Source: Candidatus Marinacidobacterales bacterium
GTDB lineage: Bacteria > Acidobacteriota > Vicinamibacteria > Marinacidobacterales > SMYC01
DNA length: 64,000 nt
Assembly (NCBI GenBank): GCA_965224085.1
Contig: CBDCYI010000005.1
Coordinates: 32,001 to 96,000, forward strand
Direction: 5' to 3'
Part shown: piece after piece, positions 10,262-20,344 of the stretch
Numbering within the stretch: the stretch's first letter is position 1
How the letters are laid out: each line of letters starts with the position of its first letter
Program-made: the position numbers and the translations under genes
The notes under the pieces: generated by a model
The model's input: the letters and a program-made list of their open reading frames with translations, nothing else
Told to the model about the DNA's origin: nothing
The model's database searches: none

Positions 10262-11584
10262 ATGCTCGACGTGTCTACTTTTTTCGACAAATTGGACTCG
10301 GGTGACGTGCCCATCGGCGTCGTCGGCCTCGGCTATGTAGGGCTGCCTTTGGCGGTCGCGCTCGCGAAGCATTTTCGCGTCATCGGTTATGACGTGTCGC
10401 CGGAGCGCATCGAGTTATTGAGACAGCATTCCGATCCGTCGCAGGAGCTGACCACCGACGAGCTCGAGAGCGTCTCCATCGCTTATACGAGTACCCCGGA
10501 GGAGCTTTCGGAGACCCCCTTCATCATCGTCGCTGTCCCCACCCCTATTGACGACAACAGGAACCCGGATTTGACGCCGCTCGAGAACGCGTCACGCGCG
10601 ATAGGGAAGCATCTCACCGAGGGTACGATCGTCGTCTACGAATCCACGGTCTATCCTGGTGTCACCGAGGAGATTTGCGGGCCGGAGCTCGAGAAGGCTT
10701 CGGGGATGCGCGCGGGGCGGGACTTTTTTCTCGGCTATTCGCCGGAGCGTATCAACCCAGGAGATCGGAAGCGCACTATCGACAAGATCGTCAAGATCGT
10801 CTCTGGCCAGACGCCTGACGTGCGCGACATCGTGGCGAAGGTCTACGAAAGCATCGTCACCGAAGGCATTCACACAGCGAGCTCCATCCGGGTCGCGGAA
10901 GCGGCCAAAGTCATCGAGAATGCACAACGCGACATCAACATCGCTTTTGTCAACGAGCTCGCGATCATCTTCGACAAGATGGCCATCGATACGCGCGATG
11001 TGCTCGAGGCAGCGGGGACTAAGTGGAATTTCCTGAAGTTTCGGCCGGGGCTCGTCGGGGGGCACTGTATCGGCGTCGATCCTTACTACCTGACGTTCAA
11101 AGCTCAGGCTCTCGGACACAGTCCGCAGACCATCTTGTCCGGGCGCCGGATCAATGACGGCATGGGGCGCTGGATTGGGCGCAAGCTCATCAAGATGCTG
11201 ATCGACGCCGATAGGAACGTCAAGAATGCCCGCGTTCTCATTTGTGGGTTGACGTTCAAAGAGAACGTCACCGACGTGCGCAATTCACGAGTCAAGGACA
11301 TCGTGGACGAGCTCCTCGACTACCATGTCGACGTGTTCGCCTACGATCCGCACGTGCCGGCGGAGACCGCCCAAAAGGAGTTTGGCGTGCGACTCGCATC
11401 CGAGGACGAGCTTCACGATTTCGATGGCGTGATCGTTGCGGTCGCCCATGACGCGTTCAAGACCCTTAGCGTGAGCGAGCTCGCCAATATGGTGCGTATC
11501 CAGCCGGCGCCTTTGCTCGATCTGAAGTGGCTCTACGACCGCTCGGAGCTCGAGGAGGCCGGCTTCCACTACTGGCGCCTCTAG
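10262..11584 (+). CDS. UDP-N-acetylhexosamine 6-dehydrogenase (WbpO/TviB-like)
   Basis: VVGLGYVGLPLA, YESTVYPGVTEE, GYSPERINPGD, AAKVIENAQRDINIA, PGLVGGHCIGVDPYYL. Confidence 0.93.
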   Translation: MLDVSTFFDKLDSGDVPIGVVGLGYVGLPLAVALAKHFRVIGYDVSPERIELLRQHSDPSQELTTDELESVSIAYTSTPEELSETPFIIVAVPTPIDDNRNPDLTPLENASRAIGKHLTEGTIVVYESTVYPGVTEEICGPELEKASGMRAGRDFFLGYSPERINPGDRKRTIDKIVKIVSGQTPDVRDIVAKVYESIVTEGIHTASSIRVAEAAKVIENAQRDINIAFVNELAIIFDKMAIDTRDVLEAAGTKWNFLKFRPGLVGGHCIGVDPYYLTFKAQALGHSPQTILSGRRINDGMGRWIGRKLIKMLIDADRNVKNARVLICGLTFKENVTDVRNSRVKDIVDELLDYHVDVFAYDPHVPAETAQKEFGVRLASEDELHDFDGVIVAVAHDAFKTLSVSELANMVRIQPAPLLDLKWLYDRSELEEAGFHYWRL

Positions 11585-11587
11585 CTA

Positions 11588-12959
11588 CTAAGCCGGGGCC
11601 CGATCCTCTTTCTTGATCGAAAGCTTGTCCATCAGCTCGTAGAGCGTCGGTCGGCTGACTTGAAGGTCGGCCGCGGTGCGCGTCATGTTGCCGTTGTGCC
11701 GCGCCAAAGTACGCAGGATGAGCCCGCGCTCGAGCTCCTCACGCGCATCTCTCAGGCTCACGCTCTTGTACCCTTCGCCCTCGCCATCCGCTAGCTCCAA
11801 GTCCTCCGGGGTCAATTTGCGCCCTTCGGCCATGATGACGGCGCGCCGGATGCGGTTTTCGAGCTCGCGCACGTTTCCCGGCCAATCGTGCGTCTGCATG
11901 GCTGTAATCGCGTCCGCGCCGAATCCGACAAGGTTTTTCTTGTTCTCCGACGCACAATGCTCCAGGAACACTTTGGCGAGAATCGTGATGTCCTCACCGC
12001 GGTCTCGCAGGGGCGGCAGAGACACCCCCACGACCGCGAGTCGGTAGTACAAGTCCTCGCGAAACTGCTCCGCTTTCATCGCCCGCTTGAGGTCCGCGTT
12101 CGTTGCGGCAATGACACGGACGTCGACGTCGATCTCCTGTCGACCGCCGACGCGCTCGATGCGGTGCTCTTGCAGGAATCTGAGCAGTTTTACTTGCAAC
12201 CCGAGCGGTAGCTCCCCGACCTCGTCGAGGAACAGCGTTCCCTTATGGGCGGTCTCGATACGCCCCTGCCGGCGGGCATGCGCCCCGGTAAAGGCGCCTT
12301 TCTCGTGGCCGAAGAGCTCGCTTTCGAGCAGGTTCTCCGGGATGGCGCCGCAATTAATCGCGACGAAAGGACCCTGGGCGCGGTGGCTCAACCGGTGGAT
12401 TGCGCGCGCGACGAGCTCTTTTCCCGTCCCGCTATCGCCCCCCACGAGAACGCCGGCGTCGGAGCTCGCAACCCGGCGCACCGTCTTGAATACGCTCTGC
12501 ATGGCGGGGCAAAACCCGATGATGCCCTGGAACGAATCGTCCGAGCTGTTTCGCTGAAGCTCTCGGTTCTCTCGCTCGAGCTCGTGCACGTAAAGAGCCC
12601 GGCGCAGGACGACGTTGAGCTCGTCAATCTGGATAGGCTTGTTGAAGTAGTCGTAGGCGCCGAAGCCGATCGCGCGGAGCGCGTGCTCTCGCTGTCCCTG
12701 CCCGGTGATGACGACCACCTTCGCGCCGCCCTGCTGCTGCAGTATCTCGTCCAGAACGAGAAAGCCTTCTTCGACACCGTTCGAATCGGGCGGAAGACCC
12801 AAATCGAGCGTGACGAGCGGCATGCCATGCTCTTCGAAAAGCAGCATTGCCGAGGGCCGGTCCTCGGCTTCGAACACTTCGTAGTCTTCGGAAAGCGCCC
12901 ACTTCATCTGGGTGCGGATGTCTTCGACCATCCACGATGAGTAACTTTGGTTTGTCCAT
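11588..12959 (-). pseudogene. prsR: PEP-CTERM-box sigma54-dependent response regulator PrsR, frameshifted near codon 11
   Basis: MDKPKLLIVD in one frame, VEDIRTQMKWAL...LDLGLPP, GAFTGA, WPGNVRELEN and HTH in another; lesion at ~12929. Confidence 0.85.
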
Positions 12960-12962
12960 CCT

Positions 12963-15081
12963 CTAACCCTGCGTCGTCGCGCGGCTCTCGGAAGGAAGCA
13001 ACACCCGGAAAGTGCTCCCCGCCCCCTGCTCGCTCTCGACCTCGATCCTTCCCCCGTGGGCCTCGACGATCTGCTTGCTGTGAAAAAGACCGATGCCGAG
13101 TCCCTGTTTTTTCGTCGTCTGGAATGGCTTGAATAGCGCGTTTTGAACGAACGCGTCGCTCATCCCGCACCCGTCGTCTTGAACGCTCAGGAGAACCCAG
13201 CCATTCTCCAGCGAGGTGCGCACCGCCACGTGCCCGTCACCGCCAACCGCCTCCTGCGCGTTCAACATCAAATTCGTCAACACCTTCTGGATCTGGTCGC
13301 GATCCAGCCAGACTTTGGGAATCTCTTCGAGCTCGTCCGACAGGCTCGCCGTCATCGAGCCGTTCAAGCCCTCGAGCGTTTCCCGCACGAGCTCGTTCAC
13401 ATCACATTCCACCGTGCTCAGCTCCATCCCTTTCGTGATCGACGACAGTCGCGCGGTCATCGAGTCGATCTTGCTCACGCTCTTCGCCATCGTCGCGAGT
13501 AGGTCCTTTCGGAAGTCCGGATTGTCGAAATGGGCCGGGAGGTTCTGGAGCGTGAGAGAAAGCCTCGAGGCGAGATTTTTCAAGTCGTGCACGAAGAAAG
13601 TCGAAAGCGTCTGGAACGCCTCCATCTCCTTCGCTCGCTGGAGCTCCTGGGTCATGCGGCGATTTGCCACGATGGCAGCCGTTTGATCCCCGAACGTCTT
13701 CAACAGCGAGAGGTCTTCGACGTTGAAAGGCTGTTTCGTAATCCGCTCGTTGAGCGACAGGAAGCCGGTCGGCTCGTCTCGGTCGCTTCCGAGCGCGACG
13801 ACGTAGCGGGCTTCGATGTGGCGGCAGAGCTCGCGCGCCGCGTCGGACATCTTGTGCCGGCCAAGATCCACCGCTTTCGCGGCGGTCGGCTCCATGAGGT
13901 CGATGAGCGCTCGGCCGCCATCGTACTCGGTCAAGATCTCCCGAGCGCGCGCTTCCGAGAGCGCGGTCGTCCCGCCGAGCGCGAGCCTGCGCTCACCGGG
14001 TTTCACGAGCCAAATCGTCACCACTGAGCATCCGAAGGTCTCCGCCACCGTTTTCGTGATCCCGGCGCATAGGGGCTCGATCTCGACGATCGAGCTCGTG
14101 TGTTTCGTGAACGTGTCCCAAACTTGCCGATAGTCGTAAGACGGGCGCTGCAGGTGCCGGTTCACGAACCGGCGCACACGTTGACGCAGTTCGCCCGACA
14201 GCAGCAGCGTCGCGAGCCCGAGGATCGCTACGAGCACGACGAAAGCGACGAGCGGTGCGCGATGCGTTCCCCCCCAAGCGTCGATGACATCGACGAGTCC
14301 GGCAACCACGAGCAAGTACGCCCCGACCACGAGAAGCGTCAACGAATTGAACAGCAGCGACTCTGACGGATAGATCTCTAGCGAGCCGGCTCGGCGCCTT
14401 ACGAAGGCCACTACGACGAGAGTGCTCCCGAGCAGCAGCGCGCTCGAGCCGAACGGAAACAGCGGTGTTTGAATCCAGGAATGAAGAAGCACCTGGCTGT
14501 GGAGAAAGAGCTCGACGCCGAAGATTACAGCGATCGCAAGCACGAGAAACTTGATTTGCCAGAGGACACTCCCCGTCGCCGAGCGGAGCGTCAGTTCCAG
14601 ATTCATCAAGACGACCACGGCAGCCAAAAGAAAAACCACGTGGACCCAAAACCCGGCGGGGCCGATGGGCACGAGCCAACTCGGGAGCGGGATTGGGGGG
14701 GTCGACCACGAGGAGCGATTGCCACCATCCGATCACGATGGCCGGGGGTATGACGAACGAGGCGACGATTCCGAGGCGCCAGCGGCGCCTTAGCTCGGTC
14801 GCATTCGCGCGCGCGAACGTCAGGCTGAACAGAATCCAGAGTCCTGGCACGAACGCCTCGGCGAGCAGCCGGTATCGATGGAGCTCGAGCGCGTCCGTCT
14901 TAGAGAACGCCTCGACGGCGAACGCACCCACGACTTCGCGCGTCGCGAGAACGAACATGCCGAGAGCGAAGGCGAGATAAGCGGGGCGGCCGCGTTCTCG
15001 CCGAAGCATCGCGAGGCCGAGCATGACCGCGACCGTGGCGGCTAGATACGCAAGCCCAGTCTCAAGGTTCAGTTTCGGCAC
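12963..15081 (-). pseudogene. prsK: PEP-CTERM system histidine kinase PrsK, +1 frameshift in a C7 run
   Basis: Multi-TM N-terminus, YDYRQVW, GAF, FFVHDLKN H-box, LFKPFQTTKKQGLGIGL; removing one base of G7 at 14695-14701 joins the two ORFs. Confidence 0.85.
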
Positions 15082-15383
15082 GCCCTTCTAACCCATTTCA
15101 TCCAAGGTACTCAAACCTATCGCCGGCGCGTACGGTCGGGGGGGGGCCTTTGCCGGCTCGAGGGGTCCAGTGTCGGGATGCAGTTATTTGTATAGGCTAG
15201 GGCTATCTTTGTCAAGTTTTCCACGGCCTGACGGCCACCCCGAATGAATGAAACGCGGTGGTCTCTGGAGGTGGCACCGGCTCAACACGACGCCTGAGGG
15301 AGCTCGGTTTTGACGTCACTGCCCCCAAACGCTACACCCTGAGTTTCTTATTAGTCAAGGGTTTGCAGCGGAACTACGGTAAA

Positions 15384-16946
15384 ATGGCCCTGATGCGACG
15401 CCGTCTCTCGATCCTCATCGGCCTCGTTTTCTTGCTGATTCTTCTTCGCGGGCTTTTCCTCGTCGGCTACGAGCCCGCTCGCTCCGACAGTTATCTCTGG
15501 GGAGCGTTTCACGTGCATTCAACGCTTTCCGACGGGCTCGCGCCGCTCGAGGAGATTGCGCGCCAAGCCTGCGACGCACGCGTCGATTTTGTGTTCTTGA
15601 GCGACCACGGCGTGCCCCATCCCGAGGCGACGCTTCTGAACGAAACGGTCGGCGGCGTGCGTTTCATCGGAGGCTCGGAGGTCGGCATCCCCGAAGGCCA
15701 CCTGATCGTCTCGAATGTCGCATCCTTACCGAAATACCACCTCCCTCCCTTCCCTCCCGATGCGGCCGCGGAGGCTCGTGCGTGGGGCGGCTTCTCCGTT
15801 CTCACCTATCCGGAAGACCCGACACACCGCTGGCTCTACTGGGAAGAGGATCTCGTTCCGGACGGGATCGAGATCATCAACGTCACTTCCTATTTCCGCG
15901 CGAGCTCTCACTGGACCAAGCTCGCTTGGGCGGTGTTCTCGCTGTTCAACCGCTTCTACTACGTCAGCAGCTTCGAGCCTCCAACTTACGCGCTCGCGCG
16001 CTGGGACGCACTTCTCGAACGGGGTGACGTCTTTGCTATCTTTGCCGCGAACGCCCATGGCGGCTTTCCCCTCACCGAGGCTCTCAATCTCGGCGTCCCG
16101 TCCTACGAGACAGCCATGGGGTTCGTCGGGCTCGGGATCGAGCCGCGTTTCGCGAACGCCCCCGAGGAGGCGATCCGGCAAGGAGAGTTCTTTGCCATCG
16201 TGCGCGGCGCGGGCGAGCCGCGTCGGTTCGAGTTCACGCGATCCGGGGACGCGCTGCGCGTCGTCGTGGATGTGGACGACCTCGCGCCTCGCCTCGTGCT
16301 CAAACAAAACGGCGCTGTCGTAGCGGAGACCGAAGAAGGCGAGCTCGTGCACCGCGCGCGCGAGCCAGGCATCTATCGTGCGGAGGTCTATCTTCGCGAT
16401 CACAAGCTCCTCGATCCATTCGTCCCTTGGATCCTCTCGAATGCCATACGCGTGGACGCCGACCCCGTTGTCGCTGCTTCTCTCGGGCTCCAATGCGACG
16501 CGGTCGACGCGATCGATCTTGAGGAGCTCACGGTCGAAAAAGACGACGCCTCGACCGCGAGCCTCGAGGGCTCGATCGAGCTTTCCTACAACCTCTCGCG
16601 GGCCACCTCGGACGATATCAACCGTTGGGTCGCGCTCGCGCGCCGGAAGCCTTTCGATCTTTCGGCATATCGTGGCATCTATCTCGAGGCCGCTTCACCG
16701 GAGCCCATGCGGTATTGGCTCGAGCTGCGTGCCGGCGAGAGAAGCCACTACGCATCGTTCAAGCTCGAAGGAAACGGCGTCGACAGCGTCACGATTCCTT
16801 GGCGCCAGTTCTACGTGATGTTCGGGGGCCGTGAAGAGATACCGCTTTCGGAGATCGAGGCGCTCTTCATCACCGTGAACACGTCGAACTCCAGGACAGG
16901 GTTCTCCTCCACCCTCCGGCTTCAGAAGCTCGGCGCCTGTCGTTAG
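15384..16946 (+). CDS. Membrane-anchored PHP-like metallohydrolase with a C-terminal CIA30/CBM11-like domain
   Basis: N-terminal TM, FHVHSTLSDG, LSDH, GSEV, GIEIIN, WILSNAI; tail DLSAYRGIYL...VTIPWRQF; start could be 15393. Confidence 0.65.
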   Translation: MALMRRRLSILIGLVFLLILLRGLFLVGYEPARSDSYLWGAFHVHSTLSDGLAPLEEIARQACDARVDFVFLSDHGVPHPEATLLNETVGGVRFIGGSEVGIPEGHLIVSNVASLPKYHLPPFPPDAAAEARAWGGFSVLTYPEDPTHRWLYWEEDLVPDGIEIINVTSYFRASSHWTKLAWAVFSLFNRFYYVSSFEPPTYALARWDALLERGDVFAIFAANAHGGFPLTEALNLGVPSYETAMGFVGLGIEPRFANAPEEAIRQGEFFAIVRGAGEPRRFEFTRSGDALRVVVDVDDLAPRLVLKQNGAVVAETEEGELVHRAREPGIYRAEVYLRDHKLLDPFVPWILSNAIRVDADPVVAASLGLQCDAVDAIDLEELTVEKDDASTASLEGSIELSYNLSRATSDDINRWVALARRKPFDLSAYRGIYLEAASPEPMRYWLELRAGERSHYASFKLEGNGVDSVTIPWRQFYVMFGGREEIPLSEIEALFITVNTSNSRTGFSSTLRLQKLGACR

Positions 16947-16966
16947 CGGCTGGAGTGTCAGGACCT

Positions 16967-17395
16967 TCACGACTCGTCCGCAAGGGCTTCGTGCATCTTG
17001 GTCAGGAGATCGTGCGCGTGGTCTTCGGTAAGCTCGGACCGGTTCCACTGAAATTTCAAGCCATCGCCCGCGACGCGCGGGATGATGTGAAAGTGCACGT
17101 GGAAGATCGCCTGCCCTGCCTCACTGCCATTGTTCTGGAGAACATTATAGGCCGAAGCGCCGGTGGCCCGCATTACCGCCCGGCACAGTCGTGGAAGCAC
17201 GCGTCCGAGCGCAGCCGACGCGTCGTCGGAGAGCTCATGCAAATGCGCTATCGATTTTTTCGGCACGACGAGTGTATGGCCGTGGCTCTGAGGGCTTACA
17301 TCGAGAAAGGCGTAGACGTGGTCGTCTTCGTAGACCTTGTAGCTCGGGATTTCCCCACGGATGATCTTGTCGAATAGCGTCGACGCGTCGCTCAT
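16967..17395 (-). CDS. HIT family nucleotide hydrolase
   Basis: LFDKIIRGEIPSYKVYED, GHTLVVPK, AGQAIFHVHFHIIPR. Confidence 0.95.
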   Translation of the reverse strand: MSDASTLFDKIIRGEIPSYKVYEDDHVYAFLDVSPQSHGHTLVVPKKSIAHLHELSDDASAALGRVLPRLCRAVMRATGASAYNVLQNNGSEAGQAIFHVHFHIIPRVAGDGLKFQWNRSELTEDHAHDLLTKMHEALADES

Positions 17396-17534
17396 GGACG
17401 GAGAATTTATCGCCTTTCCGGCGCCACCTCAAGCCCAGATTTCTCTGCTCCTCGATCGAGTCACCTACGAAAGGAATAGCCCCGGGATGTTTCCTCTCCG
17501 TTTTTTCGTCTGTACCTTTCCAAGGGAGGCGCAG

Positions 17535-17621
17535 ATGGGCCACGATCACCGGTTGAAAGAGCTGCTGCAGCTCTTCCCGGGACTTTCTGGACGGCTCCTC
17601 ACAGAGCGACTGTCGAGCTAG
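17535..17621 (+). pseudogene. Possible N-terminal remnant of an Rpn/YhgA-like protein
   Basis: GGAGG SD then MGHDHRLKELLQLF, resembling the DHDxxFKELLxxF start of that family; very short. Confidence 0.3.
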
Positions 17622-17631
17622 AATAGTCGCC

Positions 17632-18639
17632 GTGCGCCGTTATCAGTTTTCGTCCTTTGGACTCGACCAGCTGAAAGCCACCGAGAGCGAGCCCCCGGCA
17701 CCCGGGCCTGGCGAAGTCGCGATCGACGTCCGTGCGCTCAGCTTGAACTATCGCGACTTGCTCGTCATCAAAGGTCTCTACAATCCTAGGCTCGCTTTGC
17801 CGGCGGTGCCCGTGAGCGACGGTGCCGGCGTCGTGGCTTCTGTTGGGGAAGGCGTTACGGACGTTCGCCAAGGGGATCGCGTCATGACGCAATTCGTCGC
17901 GGACTGGACGAAAGGTCCTTTCGAGGCGCGCCACGCGGGCTCGACGCTCGGCACCCCCGGTCCGGGCCTCGCGGCGGAGCGCGTCGTGTTGCCGGAGCGC
18001 GCGGTGGTTCCGATGCCCGACGGCTACGATTTCGCGCAAGCTTCGACGTTTCCGATCGCGGCGCTCACGGCGTGGAGCGTGCTCGTCACCGAAGGCAAGA
18101 TTCAAGAAGGCCAGTGGGCGCTCACGCTCGGAACGGGCGGCGTTTCGATCTTTGCCGTTCAGCTCGCGAAGGCCCTCGGCGCCAACGTCATCATCACTTC
18201 GTCGAGCGATGACAAGCTCGCGCGCGCAAAGGAGCTCGGCGCCGATCACGGTATTAATTACAACGACAACCCGCGGTGGGACAAAGAGGTGCTCGAGATC
18301 ACCGGGGGCCGAGGCGCGGACGTCGTGGTCGAGACGGCGGGCATCGCGACAATGACCACGTCCATGAAGGCAACGGCCGCCGGGGGCCTCATTGGTGTTC
18401 TCGGAGGCGTCACGGGTCTCTCCGGGGAGATCCAAATTGCACCGCTTGTCATGAAGCGTCTGCGCGTCACAGGCGTTCTCGTGGATTCTCGAGCGCATTT
18501 CGAAGAGCTCGCGGTTTTTCTCGGCAAGCATTCGTTGGCACCCGTGATCGATCGGAAATTCGAATTCGGCGAGCTACCCGCAGCGCTTCAGCACATGGAG
18601 TCGGGCGGACACTTTGGGAAGATCGTGGTCGAGATTTAG
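17632..18639 (+). CDS. MDR-family NAD(P)-dependent oxidoreductase (Zn-type ADH-like)
   Basis: SLNYRDL, VPVSDGAGVV, AALTAW, LGTGGVSIFA, HFGKIVV. Confidence 0.9.
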   Translation: MRRYQFSSFGLDQLKATESEPPAPGPGEVAIDVRALSLNYRDLLVIKGLYNPRLALPAVPVSDGAGVVASVGEGVTDVRQGDRVMTQFVADWTKGPFEARHAGSTLGTPGPGLAAERVVLPERAVVPMPDGYDFAQASTFPIAALTAWSVLVTEGKIQEGQWALTLGTGGVSIFAVQLAKALGANVIITSSSDDKLARAKELGADHGINYNDNPRWDKEVLEITGGRGADVVVETAGIATMTTSMKATAAGGLIGVLGGVTGLSGEIQIAPLVMKRLRVTGVLVDSRAHFEELAVFLGKHSLAPVIDRKFEFGELPAALQHMESGGHFGKIVVEI

Positions 18640-19352
18640 CTATCGGCTATCAGCTGCCCGCTATCCCGAATATTGAGTCTTCGGCGGCAGTAGAATATAG
18701 CGGCGTAGAAGATCGGCGTGTCCAGAAGGGCGAAGATCCATTTGAATATCACGCCGTTCATGAAGAGCTCGGGGAAGCGTTCCCACGTGATGCCCGGGGT
18801 CCCCAGAGCCGCCAGGAGGCCGTTCACCAGAGCCGTATCCACGACTTGAGAAGCAATCGTGCTCGCGTTGTTGCGGAGCCACAAGTGCTTTCCTTTCGTG
18901 AGACGTTTCCAGAAGTGGAAAAGGCGGATGTCGAGGTACTGCGCGCCCAGATAGGCCACCATCGAGGCGCTCACGCCTGCCCATTGAAGGCCGAAGACTT
19001 TCGAGAACACCGCGTCGTCGACAGGACTCCACGAGGTCGCTTCGACGAGCGACGAGACGAACACAAGGCCCAGGACGAAGAGGCTAGCGACCAGGCCGCT
19101 CGTTACAACACGGTCCGCACGCTCTTTGCCGTAGATCTCGGAGAGGATGTCTGTCACGAGAAAGGTGACCGGGTACGCAAGAATCCCTACCGACTGTTGA
19201 AAGATCAGTGGCTCACCAAACCAAGGGATCTCCCACGTAAAAAACTTTTGGAAGATCAGATTGCAGGCGACGAGCGCGGCGATAAATATCGCGGCGAGGA
19301 TGAGGTAGAGCTGCTCGTAGGCGGCGCTCGTTTTTGGGTCGGGCAGACTCAC
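18636..19352 (-). CDS. Queuosine precursor transporter (YhhQ/DUF165)
   Basis: YPVTFLVTDILSEIYGK, ASMVAYLGAQYLDI, LWLRNNASTIASQVVDT, ALLDTP. Confidence 0.9.
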   Translation of the reverse strand: MSLPDPKTSAAYEQLYLILAAIFIAALVACNLIFQKFFTWEIPWFGEPLIFQQSVGILAYPVTFLVTDILSEIYGKERADRVVTSGLVASLFVLGLVFVSSLVEATSWSPVDDAVFSKVFGLQWAGVSASMVAYLGAQYLDIRLFHFWKRLTKGKHLWLRNNASTIASQVVDTALVNGLLAALGTPGITWERFPELFMNGVIFKWIFALLDTPIFYAAIFYCRRRLNIRDSGQLIADS

Positions 19353-19727
19353 GTGAAGGCGGCTTCCGTCTCCTTGTTCAGCAAGATCCAGAGGCCGTAG
19401 AGCCCTAGCGCCGTACCGAACGGAAAGTTCAACAAGTTGAGTGCCGAGAGGATCAAACCGCCGATGCGGGCCCAGCTCTTGAACTTGACGAGCCCGATAC
19501 CGACAACGAGGCCGGGAATCGACATAACGGCGATGATGCTGAAGAGTACGACGGCCAGGCCACCGAGGATCGGCACGGCGACCGCGGCGTCGGGCTCTTG
19601 ATCCGAGACCATGCTTGCGATCCCGGCGGCGCCACCGAGAAGCACGAGCATAGCCACGGCAGCGACGAGCCCGATCGCGCTAAAAAGCAATGTAGAGCAC
19701 ACCGAGTATAGAGACATGCTGTTTCAT
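19349..19727 (-). pseudogene. Small 3-4 TM membrane protein, +1 frameshift in a T5 run
   Basis: AGGAG SD and ATG at 19727 give MKQHVSILGVLYIAF then TAG; deleting one T (A5 at 19682-19686) continues SAIGLVAAVA...WARIGG...FPFGTALGLYGLWIL. Confidence 0.7.
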
Positions 19728-19738
19728 CGATCACGCTC

Positions 19739-20190
19739 CTAAAACCAGAAAATATCAGAATTGATTCCCAACGAGCCGATGGCCGACGGATAGAAAAGGA
19801 GCTCGGATCCTTGGAGAGCGAAGATCCGCGCGACTTCCGGATACCACTCATCCCAGCAAATCCCGACGCCTATTTTCCCGAACGCCGTCTGCCAGACCGG
19901 TAGCCGAGGTCGCCGGGCGTGAAGTAGAACTTCTCGTGATATTGCGGTCCGTCGGGGATATGGGTTTTGCGGTATTTTCCGAGCTCGCTGCCATCGGCAT
20001 CGAAGAGCACGACCGAGTTGAAATAGATGCCGGGTCGCGCTTCCTCGTAGACGGGAACGATGAGTACTACTCCGAGCTCTTTCGCGAGCCCTCTCATGCG
20101 CTTGGTGGTCTCGGAAGGAAGCTTTTCAGCATGGTCGACATTCAGAGCAACGTCAGCCGAGGCCGTGAGCTGTAGCAAAGCGATGCGCAT
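19739..20190 (-). pseudogene. Carbon-nitrogen hydrolase (N-carbamoylputrescine amidase / beta-ureidopropionase-like), decayed
   Basis: YFNSVVLFDADG, YRKTHIPDGPQYHEKFYFTPGDLGY; frameshift at ~19898, then KIGVGICWDEWYPEVAR...YPSAIGS; catalytic-Glu segment deleted; 3' end missing. Confidence 0.85.
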
Positions 20191-20192
20191 CG

Positions 20193-20339
20193 TCAGAGCA
20201 TGAATCCTAATCCAAGAAAGAGCATCGTGGATAGTGCAGCGGCGATGAGCACATAGGGAAGCTGGGTCATCACTTGGTCAAAGACGTCACAGCCGCGGCT
20301 CGAGGCGGCAAGCACGGTGGCGTCCCCATCCTCAGTCAC
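20193..20339 (-). pseudogene. C-terminal remnant of an NhaC-family transporter
   Basis: DATVLAASSRGCDVFDQVMTQLPYVLIAA resembles the NhaC-family SDTTILSSxxxGCDHxDHVxTQLPYA motif; stop lies just upstream of the nitrilase start. Confidence 0.65.
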
Positions 20340-20344
20340 GAAAT

